DNA of 64,000 nt. It comes from an uncultured virus (IMG/VR IMGVR_UViG_2061766007_004224) (lineage: Duplodnaviria > Heunggongvirae > Uroviricota > Caudoviricetes). The stretch lies in the IMG/VR virus record IMGVR_UViG_2061766007_004224, one strand, 5' to 3'. The position numbers were made by a program, and so were the translations under genes. Every line of letters begins with the position of its first letter. Position 1 is the first letter of the stretch. The notes under the pieces were generated by a model. That model did no database searches. It was not told the DNA's origin and saw only the letters and a list, made by a program, of their open reading frames with translations. Below are positions 18,913 through 27,177 of this stretch, in pieces.

Positions 18913-19152
18913 ATGGAAAACTCGAAACAGGTGTATCGCTACTATACCCTCTACCGCCCGCCGATGCCCGGAGGCATTCCGAAAGGAACAGTCAACGTCA
19001 GGACAATGGGCAGCCGCCCGTACATCTCGGAGATCGGTCACACGGCTTGGGGCTATGTCGATTACGAGCGTCCGCTGACCCGGCAGGAGATCAGAGACTA
19101 TGAGCTGGCCCCGGCAAACATGGTTCAGCAGCCTATGGAGGTGGCGGTATGA
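18913..19152 (+). CDS. Small protein resembling the DarA (defence against restriction) C-terminal domain
   Basis: YRYY..YRPPMPG.IPK...AWGYVDYERPLT.QEI.DYEL motif. Confidence 0.65.
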   Translation: MENSKQVYRYYTLYRPPMPGGIPKGTVNVRTMGSRPYISEIGHTAWGYVDYERPLTRQEIRDYELAPANMVQQPMEVAV

Positions 19153-19385
19153 AGATTTGCACAGTTACGATCATCGAACGCGACGATCACGAAATGGAGC
19201 CGTGGGTCACGAGCTTCAGCAGCAGGGAAAAGGCCGAGGCGTTCATGGACAAGGTGACGGCGAAGCTCCGTGAGTACGGCGCGGAAAACGATGTCAGCGT
19301 CACCTATGACAGCGGCGATCTGGACGACGAGATGTATCTCGATTGGGTCGATGCCCGCTGGGAGCCTGAAGAAGAGGAGGAGTGA
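19149..19385 (+). CDS. Acidic hypothetical protein
   Basis: ATGA overlap; SD GGAGG. Confidence 0.7.
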   Translation: MKICTVTIIERDDHEMEPWVTSFSSREKAEAFMDKVTAKLREYGAENDVSVTYDSGDLDDEMYLDWVDARWEPEEEEE

Positions 19386-19879
19386 ACATGGAACAGGTAA
19401 TCGGTGTCAGAAAGTTCGGCAGCAAGGTTGATATTACGGACCCCTGCTATGACAAGGACGTATGGTGCAGGATGAACGGCGTTGAAATCCTGCCCGGCGA
19501 GTACGAGTGCTTCGTCGATGTCTGGGACAACGAGCAGACGGGCGGCTGGGGCGAGCGCGTAGCCCGCCTCGGCATCCGGCGACTGCGCAGCGAGGAAACG
19601 GTCTTCCACCAGATCGGTGAGATCGGCGTGGACGCTGGACTGGCTGGTATATTCGAGGACAAGAAAGATTTTACCGATGACGAGTGGTCGGAGCTGTGCA
19701 ACAGCATCGACCGTCCGGGCGAAAAAGCATGGCTCAGGGACGACGGCTTCTTCAGCAGTTCCGGCTATGGCGACGGCGGCTATCCCGTATTCGCCGCCAA
19801 GAACAGCAGGGGTCAGGTTGTTGCACTGGAGATTCAGTTTATCTGGGAGGAAGATGAGGAAGAGGAGGACGAGGAATAA
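19382..19879 (+). CDS. DUF4241-like acidic protein
   Basis: ITDPCY, IGVDAGLAG, SSGYGDGGYPV. Confidence 0.75.
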   Translation: MNMEQVIGVRKFGSKVDITDPCYDKDVWCRMNGVEILPGEYECFVDVWDNEQTGGWGERVARLGIRRLRSEETVFHQIGEIGVDAGLAGIFEDKKDFTDDEWSELCNSIDRPGEKAWLRDDGFFSSSGYGDGGYPVFAAKNSRGQVVALEIQFIWEEDEEEEDEE

Positions 19880-20118
19880 TGGACAGCGTTATGAAGTTTT
19901 TCGAGGAACTGTACGACAATCTGGAGGCGGCTGGCGTGTACAGCTTCATCGACAAGGCGTGTCCGTATGTGATCGGCGCAGGTATCGGAATGGTCATCCT
20001 GCTTGCGTTTGAGTGGTGGGAGAGCGGGCTGCCTCTGAAGACGTTTCTGCTGGAGACCATGTTCGTCATCGAGGAAGACGACGATGATGAGGAGGGCGGT
20101 CAGATTGACAGGGCGTGA
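19879..20118 (+). CDS. Small membrane protein
   Basis: One hydrophobic segment VIGAGIGMVILLAF. Confidence 0.6.
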   Translation: MDSVMKFFEELYDNLEAAGVYSFIDKACPYVIGAGIGMVILLAFEWWESGLPLKTFLLETMFVIEEDDDDEEGGQIDRA

Positions 20119-20338
20119 GATTTTGGACAGCATCAAGGGCGAAGACATCTTCCTTCGCCCGGATGCCTTCGATGGGTTCTCATGGTACGGCCAGCTCAGA
20201 GTGTTCCTCTCCATCGGCATATGCAAAGTCACGGAGAGAGAAGTCGAGGAAATCCGAAAGGCTCTGCTGGGCTTGGGCTACCAGACAAGGACACGCGTAA
20301 AGCCGGATGAACCGGGCGTGTATGTGATAGGAGCGTAG
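20084..20338 (+). CDS. Hypothetical protein (start uncertain)
   Basis: Fills the gap in a tightly packed operon. Confidence 0.55.
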   Translation: MMRRAVRLTGREILDSIKGEDIFLRPDAFDGFSWYGQLRVFLSIGICKVTEREVEEIRKALLGLGYQTRTRVKPDEPGVYVIGA

Positions 20339-20341
20339 ATT

Positions 20342-20620
20342 ATGGAGCAGTACACGAAAGAATGGTTCACATTCCATCTGCTGAAGATGCGGGACACGTT
20401 CTGGAGCACGGACGGCAGAATGTGGGATGAGCTGCCGGACCTCATCAGGAAGATCGGAGATGCCGTCGCTAAGATCACTGGCATGGGGCGCGAGGGTGTG
20501 GCTTCTTTGGTCGCGGATAAGCTCATGGACAGCGAGACCGAGCGACAGGCGTTCTTCAGGCGGTACGATATTCCGTCTGCATCTGATAACATCTGTTTGC
20601 AAATGCAAACAAGTGCGTGA
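20342..20620 (+). CDS. Hypothetical protein
   Basis: SD AGGAG; 3' end carries an iteron-like motif. Confidence 0.65.
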   Translation: MEQYTKEWFTFHLLKMRDTFWSTDGRMWDELPDLIRKIGDAVAKITGMGREGVASLVADKLMDSETERQAFFRRYDIPSASDNICLQMQTSA

Positions 20621-20634
20621 AGGAGGAAACAGAT

Positions 20635-21027
20635 ATGATCGAGAAGTTCACCGAGGAAGAATTGGCTCAGATCAAAAAGGAGCTGAAGGAACGGGACAGC
20701 AAAAGCCAGAAGGAGTATCTGACCGACAGAGAAGTCAGGCGGTTGGAGATGTTATTCCCGCGTCAAGAGTATTCTCCGCAGGGCCTGTACCCGGCGAGTG
20801 AGCTGAAGCTGGCGCTGTTCATGATCTGCGACTATTGCACGAACAACTTCACGGTGAAGAACAAATCGACAGCGCGGCATCGCGGAGCGCACGTCGTCAG
20901 GGCCACCTGCGTCCCGGACGCGCTCGCGGAGAAGTACAGGAACATCTATTGTTCAATCGTGGATGTGATCGAAGAATGGAACACGCCTTTTTCCGAGTAT
21001 AAGATCGAAAAACAGGAAGATCAGTAA
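20635..21027 (+). CDS. Hypothetical protein
   Basis: SD AAGGAGG before MIEKFTEEEL. Confidence 0.75.
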   Translation: MIEKFTEEELAQIKKELKERDSKSQKEYLTDREVRRLEMLFPRQEYSPQGLYPASELKLALFMICDYCTNNFTVKNKSTARHRGAHVVRATCVPDALAEKYRNIYCSIVDVIEEWNTPFSEYKIEKQEDQ

Positions 21028-21035
21028 TTATCGCG

Positions 21036-21064
21036 TTGACAAATATGTGATAAGGTGGTATAAT
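21036..21064 (+). promoter_or_regulatory. Consensus sigma-A promoter with spacer related to the repeated promoter (copy 3, diverged)
   Basis: TTGACA-aatatgtgataaggtgg-TATAAT. Confidence 0.85.
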
Positions 21065-21090
21065 ATATGAGCGATGCGGAAGGAGGAATT

Positions 21091-21435
21091 ATGAAGAGGT
21101 ACGTTGACATCACCTTCGAGGACGGCGTAAAAACCAAGGGCATTGTGGAGACTTCCGGCGAAGAGCCGACCATCACCGTGGGCGGCATGCCCTACGATCT
21201 GGAATCCTTCGCCGCAACTGGAGCCACGGTCGCCGTGAATGACAACGAGACCATGAAGCTGCTCCAGAGCGCCGGGGTCAAGGCGCGGCCCACGCCGAAG
21301 CAGATCACGATGACCATATCCGTTACGAAGGACTTCAAGGAACGGCTGACCGCCGCAGCCAAGGAACGGCACACCAGCGCAACAGGCATCCTGTGTGAGG
21401 CTGGCGAGGCATGGCTGAAAGAGAATAATTACTGA
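21091..21435 (+). CDS. Putative ribbon-helix-helix regulator
   Basis: C-terminal ITMTISVTKDFKERLTAAAKERHTSATGILCEA; own promoter and terminator. Confidence 0.7.
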   Translation: MKRYVDITFEDGVKTKGIVETSGEEPTITVGGMPYDLESFAATGATVAVNDNETMKLLQSAGVKARPTPKQITMTISVTKDFKERLTAAAKERHTSATGILCEAGEAWLKENNY

Positions 21436-21442
21436 GTATCGC

Positions 21443-21469
21443 ATAGCTGCCCCCGGCAGCTATTTTTTT
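21443..21469 (+). terminator. Intrinsic terminator
   Basis: ATAGCTGCC / GGCAGCTAT followed by T run. Confidence 0.85.
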
Positions 21470-21500
21470 GTGTAAAAACTCCGAATTTCAGTGCTTTTTT

Positions 21501-21558
21501 CTTGTTTGCCTATTGCAATTTATCTTATAATGTGGTAAGATATAGACATAAGGAACCC
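21501..21558 (+). promoter_or_regulatory. Repeated promoter, copy 4
   Basis: Identical to 16888-16945. Confidence 0.9.
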
Positions 21559-21584
21559 ACCAACCACCAAGGAGGAACGAGACA

Positions 21585-22004
21585 ATGATGTGGAGAGAGT
21601 TCGAGGAAATCGCTGGTTACGAGGTCAGCTATGAGGATTACGCCAACGTGATCGAGCCGATGTACATGGCAACTAACCTGACCAAGAAAGAGTTCGTGAA
21701 AGTTCTTGACAGAAAGCAGTTCGACCTCGGCTACAAACGCAAGCAGCTTGAAAAGAAGCTGATCGGCCAGATGAAAGAAATCGCGGAAGAGATCAAGGAC
21801 CTGTGCGGCCACACCACCACCTACGAAGAATACGAGGAACTGAGGAAAGTGGCGAGGCAGTACATAGATGAGTTCCCGGAATGGCTTGCTCCGCATCACG
21901 AGTTCGAGTATAAGCGGGGCTACGGCAACTGCACTTACTACTCCGCTCTGGTCTACTACGACAAGGATTGGAACGAAGTCAAGCGGGTGAACTTGGTAGC
22001 CTGA
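21585..22004 (+). CDS. Hypothetical protein
   Basis: EFEEIAG...Y..VIEPMYMA...KKEFVK; SD AAGGAGG. Confidence 0.8.
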   Translation: MMWREFEEIAGYEVSYEDYANVIEPMYMATNLTKKEFVKVLDRKQFDLGYKRKQLEKKLIGQMKEIAEEIKDLCGHTTTYEEYEELRKVARQYIDEFPEWLAPHHEFEYKRGYGNCTYYSALVYYDKDWNEVKRVNLVA

Positions 22005-22052
22005 GCAGAGTGACAGCCGGGGGCGCAAGCCCCCGGCAGGAAGGAGGACAGT

Positions 22053-22647
22053 ATGAGCAAGGCATGTACACGCGGAGGAATGATCGACACGGAGATGTAC
22101 CGCATCTCTCAGCTTCCGAGCGGCTATTGGGCCGTCTGGTACGGCGAAGAATGGGTGGAGGCGTCTCTCCCCTCTGAGGAAGCTGCGCGACAGTTCGTGG
22201 CCGAACGCGAGGGCCGACTGCATAACACCAACTACATCTCGATGGTGAACAGGACGGACCCGCAGTATCACCGCAGCCCCATCATCCTGCATCGGGAGAA
22301 TATGTTCTATCTCGCGGAGTTCCAAGACGAAGACCAGTTGCGTGAGTTCGCGCAGATGATGGGCTTCACCTACACGCTCCGCAAGGGTGAGACGAGCCGC
22401 AGGTTCGGCTGGNNNNNNNNNNNNNNNNNNNNNNNACGATCACAACGGCTTTAGTCGCCTCGATCAGTTGCCGGAAGGAGCGAAGCCGTTCCTCGGACTG
22501 AGCAACGGCAGCATTGTCACCTGTTACTTCACCAATGACGGCGAGACGATCAGGATTTACCGCCCGAATCCAAATTGCCCGGACATCTACAACCCGCTCC
22601 CGCTGAAGGAACACATCGCCCATCATAGGCGATTCGGCATCATCTGA
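22053..22647 (+). CDS. Hypothetical protein split by N gap
   Basis: Open frames on both sides of gap 22413-22435. Confidence 0.6.
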
Positions 22648-22661
22648 GAGGAGGAAAGACA

Positions 22662-22934
22662 GTGGAAACTATGCAGACCAAAGTCCGCTACTGGTACACG
22701 GAGGCGTATCAGCACGACGATCTGGGGCAGGAGATCGACCCGGACCTGACCTTCCAAGGGCTGTTCGATGCCCTCGACCATTACGAGGACGTGTACAAGG
22801 TGCTGGGCGTGGGCGACAGCCTCATCCGTGAAAACTGCTTCCTGAAGCTGTCTGAGATCATCGGCACCGATTACGGGTACATCTACGACCAGTGGCTCAA
22901 AGGGGCCGGGATGAGGAGGAATCGCCGTGGGTAA
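22662..22934 (+). CDS. Hypothetical protein
   Basis: DDLGQEI...TF......DVY..LGV.DSLIRE..F pattern; SD. Confidence 0.7.
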   Translation: METMQTKVRYWYTEAYQHDDLGQEIDPDLTFQGLFDALDHYEDVYKVLGVGDSLIRENCFLKLSEIIGTDYGYIYDQWLKGAGMRRNRRG

Positions 22935-23838
22935 GGATTTCGACATCTACGAGGTGATCGCAGACCGTATGATCGCTGAAATGGAGAACGGCAGCATCCC
23001 GTGGATGAAGCCGTGGCTATCCGTCACGGAGGGAGCGGTGAAGTACAGGAACGGGGAACCGTACAGCCTGCTCAACCAGCTTCTGCTGGGCGAACCCGGC
23101 GAGTACCTGAGCTTCAAGGAGTGCAAGGAGCGCGGCGGCAAGGTGAAGAAGGGCGCGAAGAGCAAGATGGTCGTGTTCTGGAAGTTCCTCACCTACGAGA
23201 AGAAGGACGAAGGAGGACACATCGTCTTCGACGATCAGGGCCGCGCACAGATCGAGATGGTCCCGTATCTGCGGTACAGCAACGTCTTCCACATCCGCGA
23301 CTGCGAGGGCATCGAACCGAAGTGGGAGAAGGAGGTGAAGCTGAACGATATTCAGCCCGACGAAAAGGCCGAAGCCGTCCTCACAGATTACCTGAACAGG
23401 TCAGGCGTTGGCTTTATCAGCGAGAAGCAGAACCGGGCCTGCTACAGCCCCGTATTGGACCGTATCATGCTGCCGCTCCGAGATCAATTCTCATCTACCC
23501 CGGAATATTACAGCACCGCATTTCATGAGGCTACGCACTCCACGGGCCATCCGCTCAGGCTGTGCCGCTTCGCCGCTGATTCCTCAGCAGCCGCCTTCGG
23601 CAGTGAGGACTATTCCAAGGAGGAGCTGGTGGCAGAGATCGGGGCTGCCGCCCTGATGCACGAGATCGGTCTTTCCACAGCGGAGTGCTTCAGGAACAGC
23701 ACAGCCTACGTCCAGAATTGGCTGAAGGCCCTGAAGGACGATAAGCACATGATCGTCAGCGCGGCTGGAAAAGCCGACAAAGCCGTCCGGCTGATCTTGA
23801 ATATCCAGACCGAAGCAAATGACGGGCAAATGGCGTAA
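22927..23838 (+). CDS. ardC: ArdC-like antirestriction protein (ssDNA-binding plus zincin metalloprotease domains)
   Basis: IPWMKPW, Y.L.NQLLL, GGKVKKG, FHEATHSTGH, YSKEELVAE, AY..NWLKALKDD. Confidence 0.92.
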   Translation: MGKDFDIYEVIADRMIAEMENGSIPWMKPWLSVTEGAVKYRNGEPYSLLNQLLLGEPGEYLSFKECKERGGKVKKGAKSKMVVFWKFLTYEKKDEGGHIVFDDQGRAQIEMVPYLRYSNVFHIRDCEGIEPKWEKEVKLNDIQPDEKAEAVLTDYLNRSGVGFISEKQNRACYSPVLDRIMLPLRDQFSSTPEYYSTAFHEATHSTGHPLRLCRFAADSSAAAFGSEDYSKEELVAEIGAAALMHEIGLSTAECFRNSTAYVQNWLKALKDDKHMIVSAAGKADKAVRLILNIQTEANDGQMA

Positions 23839-23890
23839 CCCCTATATATACAGTATTCGTAGGGGAAATATTCTGTAAAATACAATATTA

Positions 23891-23922
23891 CTATTGCAGT
23901 ATATCGTATAATGTGGTACAAT
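23891..23922 (+). promoter_or_regulatory. Repeated promoter, copy 5
   Basis: TTGCAG-tatatcgtataatgtgg-TACAAT. Confidence 0.8.
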
Positions 23923-23975
23923 ATAGATAAGGGGACAATAAATCCCCAGCAGGGCCAAGAAAGGAGGTCGCAGAA

Positions 23976-24152
23976 ATGCAGGAAGGAATCAGGAAGGAGA
24001 CCGACGAGATGTCCGATGTCGTCAACACATCGCGGGAAGCTGAAGCACTCAGCATCTTGCGGATGCTCGACAAGGCCATCAAGGACGGTAAGGGCATCGA
24101 ACAGTTCCAAGCCGAACTGGATGCCTACGTCGAAGGGTTGCAAAAGAAATAG
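23976..24152 (+). CDS. 58-aa protein (not in ORF track)
   Basis: SD AAGGAGGT; MQEGIRKETDEMSDVVNTSREAEALSILRMLDKAIKDG... Confidence 0.65.
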   Translation: MQEGIRKETDEMSDVVNTSREAEALSILRMLDKAIKDGKGIEQFQAELDAYVEGLQKK

Positions 24153-24279
24153 GCCATCCGATGGAAGTTGAAAGGTCCCGGATGACCTAAGCGCAACAGG
24201 TAGGGGCTGCGCCCGCTCTGCCACAGCCCCTATTCTATCACAGGTGGAGCAGGAAAGCAAGTAAAATCGGAGGTAGAGT

Positions 24280-24897
24280 ATGGGAGAGTATTTCGATGGT
24301 CATAAGCTGGGAACGTGCTGCCATCTCATGTATGTCACCCGTGAAGAACTGATTCAGTTTCCGATGAAACGGAGGAACAAGAGCGGCGGCAATCTGCCAT
24401 TCATCGAAGATTATCTGGATGTGAAAAAGCGCTGGCTGTATCGTTTCCCTCGCAAGCACGATCAGGCCACACGGCTGGAAGACATCGACCGCAGGAAGCC
24501 GGATGATTACCTGACGCTGTACGTCCCCGGAAAACTGGAAGTGCCGCATAAGCAGTCCTCCCAGTTCCTGCTGACCAGCAGACGGACTGGATTCGAGGAG
24601 ACGTTCGATCTGGACTTCTGTCCTATGGACGCGAAGCAATGGTCGAAGGGCCTGCGCCCCACATGGTCGGTCGGGCTGGAATTAAAGCCCGAAGAAGTGT
24701 CCAATATCCCCATCTACGTGATCGGAAATCAGTATTCCGAGGAAAACCCGGACGGCTACACGGTCTTCGCTACGGTCTGCTGTGATATGTGGTTCTCCTG
24801 CAATCGGGAGGAGATCGAGCGGTACATCTACCCCGATATGCTGTCTCGTGGTCTGGATTGGGAGGCTCAGTTCATCAAAGCTCGTGAAAACGTGTAG
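24280..24897 (+). CDS. Hypothetical protein
   Basis: SD GGAGGT; MGEY...KLGTC..LMY. Confidence 0.8.
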   Translation: MGEYFDGHKLGTCCHLMYVTREELIQFPMKRRNKSGGNLPFIEDYLDVKKRWLYRFPRKHDQATRLEDIDRRKPDDYLTLYVPGKLEVPHKQSSQFLLTSRRTGFEETFDLDFCPMDAKQWSKGLRPTWSVGLELKPEEVSNIPIYVIGNQYSEENPDGYTVFATVCCDMWFSCNREEIERYIYPDMLSRGLDWEAQFIKARENV

Positions 24898-24902
24898 ATT
24901 TT

Positions 24903-24967
24903 CGGAAAGTACCCGGAAAGTACCCGGAAAATACCCCTTTACAGCTCGAATCTTCGTGTGCTATAAT
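24903..24967 (+). promoter_or_regulatory. Putative late promoter with three upstream 11-bp direct repeats
   Basis: CGGAAAGTACC x2 plus CGGAAAATACC abutting TTTACA-18 bp-TATAAT. Confidence 0.7.
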
Positions 24968-25077
24968 ATACTCACTCGAAAGAGCAGGGGTCAGTATAAG
25001 GGATTCCTGAGTAGGGTACTCCGTAAATCCTCTATAAGATAATGTTACACCTTAAAACCGAGAGGAGATACGCAGTA

Positions 25078-25614
25078 ATGCTCTATGTAAGCAGATTCTC
25101 AAATCCTGAGCTTCGCAGCGGGAAGTACACGGCTGTCAGAATCAGCATCGGCGCTCCAAAGTGGCCGCTGGGATATGAGGTCGCCGGAGAGATCAAGGAC
25201 CTAATGCCGTGGGGCCTGCTGAACAAGTTCAGCCATGAAGAGTTCGTTCCTCGGTACAGGGCGCGGCTCGACAGCATCGGCGTTGACCGCATCTGGGACA
25301 GCATCAAGCGGTTCGAGGCCATGGGAAAGCCAGTCGTGCTGCTGTGCTACGAGGATGTGAGAGTGCCAGGCCAGACCTGCCACCGCACGACGTTTGCCGA
25401 ATGGTGGCTGGAGCAAACAGGAGAGATCATCGAAGAATTGCCTGACCCGTCAACGCCGAAGACGGCGAAAAAGCCCGAGGAGAGTAAACCAGCGCTTCAG
25501 CCGAGTAGGTCGCTCGCTCAAATGAACAGCGCTATGAAAAGGGCTGAAGAGCGAATCAGGGAGCGCGAAGCCGAGAACATGCAGATCAGTATGTTCGGTA
25601 ACGCCGTCTGGTAA
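25078..25614 (+). CDS. DUF488-family protein
   Basis: VRISIGAPKW, RYRARLD, VVLLCYE....CHR. Confidence 0.8.
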   Translation: MLYVSRFSNPELRSGKYTAVRISIGAPKWPLGYEVAGEIKDLMPWGLLNKFSHEEFVPRYRARLDSIGVDRIWDSIKRFEAMGKPVVLLCYEDVRVPGQTCHRTTFAEWWLEQTGEIIEELPDPSTPKTAKKPEESKPALQPSRSLAQMNSAMKRAEERIREREAENMQISMFGNAVW

Positions 25615-25649
25615 GCCCAGCAAGGGGAGTTAAATGCTCCCCGCTACAT

Positions 25650-25722
25650 ACGGAGGTCGTCTAAGAGAGGACGTTGGGTTCTCAGCCCGACAACGAAGGT
25701 TCAAACCCTTCCCTCCGGTCCA
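25650..25722 (+). tRNA. Phage tRNA-Glu(CTC), atypical
   Basis: Cloverleaf: CGGAGG/CCTCCG, GTCT/GGAC, TTGGG-TTCTCAG-CCCGA, GAAGG-TTCAAAC-CCTTC, encoded CCA. Confidence 0.75.
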
Positions 25723-25782
25723 TTAAAAGAAGTCCGTTTGGTCGCGGGCTTCTTTTTCATTTTCAAAAAGGAGGCGCGTCGG

Positions 25783-27177
25783 ATGCCGACAACAGGCTCA
25801 ATCTTCCAAGGCGTGACTACCGCGCCGTGCAGAGACTTCATCGCTCTGCAAATCGTCGCCGCAGACAAAAAGCGCGTCTACATGCCGTGCGCGGGCCGCT
25901 TCGGTTCGGCTCTGGCGTACATCGGACACGCGAAGAAAACCGAAGGGCTGCTGACCTCGGACATCTGCCTGTTCAGTTCCATGATCGGCTACATGTTCGA
26001 CCAGCGGCACAGCATCGAAGAGCTGGACATCAGGAACGAAAGCGTCATTCAGCCCCGCAGTCAGGAGCCAGACGAGATCGTCGCCGCTGCCATGCTCGCC
26101 CTGAAGTATGCTCAGGTGAAGCCGACCTCACTGTACGGCGTGAACATGCGCCGGGAAATCCTCTCAAACCGTGACCGCTACCTTGACCAGATCATCGAGC
26201 GGAACAAAGTCATGTGCGATCTGCTGAAAGGCTCGCGCTATGATATTCAGGATGTTTGGGATGTGATCGAAGAAGCGGCAGAGGATGAAGACGCTGCCCT
26301 GTTCGTCAACGTCCCCACCTACAAGGGCGGCTACGAGCGGATGTTCAAAGACAGTGGCATCAAATGGAATGAGCCGCAGATCGGACAGTTCAATCCTGAC
26401 ATGTTCGCCCAGATGGTCGAGCGGCTGACCGATGCGAAGTGCGACGCTTTCGTCTATTCGCAGAAGAACCTCGACAAAATCCCGGAGGACGGATGGAAGA
26501 CCGTGTATGCCCAGCCGTATGGCCCGGATAGGACCGATTACGTCGTGGCAAACCATCATACCAAGCAGAGCTACGCGGTCCAATCGACCAAGGTTAAGCC
26601 CATCAAGATATACCAGATATACGACGACGAGGAGATCACGCCTGACACCAAGATCGAGTTCGTTCAGGTGGATGAGACGACCGCGCTGTACTACCGCGAT
26701 CTGTTCGTCCATAAGCTCGGCACCACGACCGCCGAGGCGTTCTACCTCATGCTCATTGACGGCAAGGTAAACACCGCTTTGGGCCTCAGTATGCGCGATG
26801 TGTTCACGCAAAAATCAAAATACATCGGCGAAGTCTTCGGCATCAGTCGCAGTTCTGTGAGGTATAAGAGGCTGGGCAAGCTGTTCATGATGTGCCTCAC
26901 GTCCGGCGATTTCCTCAAAATGCTGATGAGCAAATACAACTTCGGTGTTCGTCAGCCCCTCGGCATCAAGACTTCATCGCTCACCACGCATTGGGAGGGC
27001 AAAACTGACAGGTCAGTCATGAAGCTCACCTACCGCGAGCAGTTGCCGTCCGGCACCTTCCGGGTCATTTATCAAGGCGACTTCCGGGAAGACACCTACC
27101 GCGACTGCATCGTAACGTGGCTGAAGCGCTGGGGAGATAAAAAACGGGAGGAAGTAAAAAATGGAGATTCTGCTTGA
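25783..27177 (+). CDS. Adenine-methyltransferase-like protein with extra C-terminal (possibly GNAT-like) domain
   Basis: Motif I-like MPCAGRFG, LTSDI, motif IV-like FVNVPTY. Confidence 0.65.
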   Translation: MPTTGSIFQGVTTAPCRDFIALQIVAADKKRVYMPCAGRFGSALAYIGHAKKTEGLLTSDICLFSSMIGYMFDQRHSIEELDIRNESVIQPRSQEPDEIVAAAMLALKYAQVKPTSLYGVNMRREILSNRDRYLDQIIERNKVMCDLLKGSRYDIQDVWDVIEEAAEDEDAALFVNVPTYKGGYERMFKDSGIKWNEPQIGQFNPDMFAQMVERLTDAKCDAFVYSQKNLDKIPEDGWKTVYAQPYGPDRTDYVVANHHTKQSYAVQSTKVKPIKIYQIYDDEEITPDTKIEFVQVDETTALYYRDLFVHKLGTTTAEAFYLMLIDGKVNTALGLSMRDVFTQKSKYIGEVFGISRSSVRYKRLGKLFMMCLTSGDFLKMLMSKYNFGVRQPLGIKTSSLTTHWEGKTDRSVMKLTYREQLPSGTFRVIYQGDFREDTYRDCIVTWLKRWGDKKREEVKNGDSA

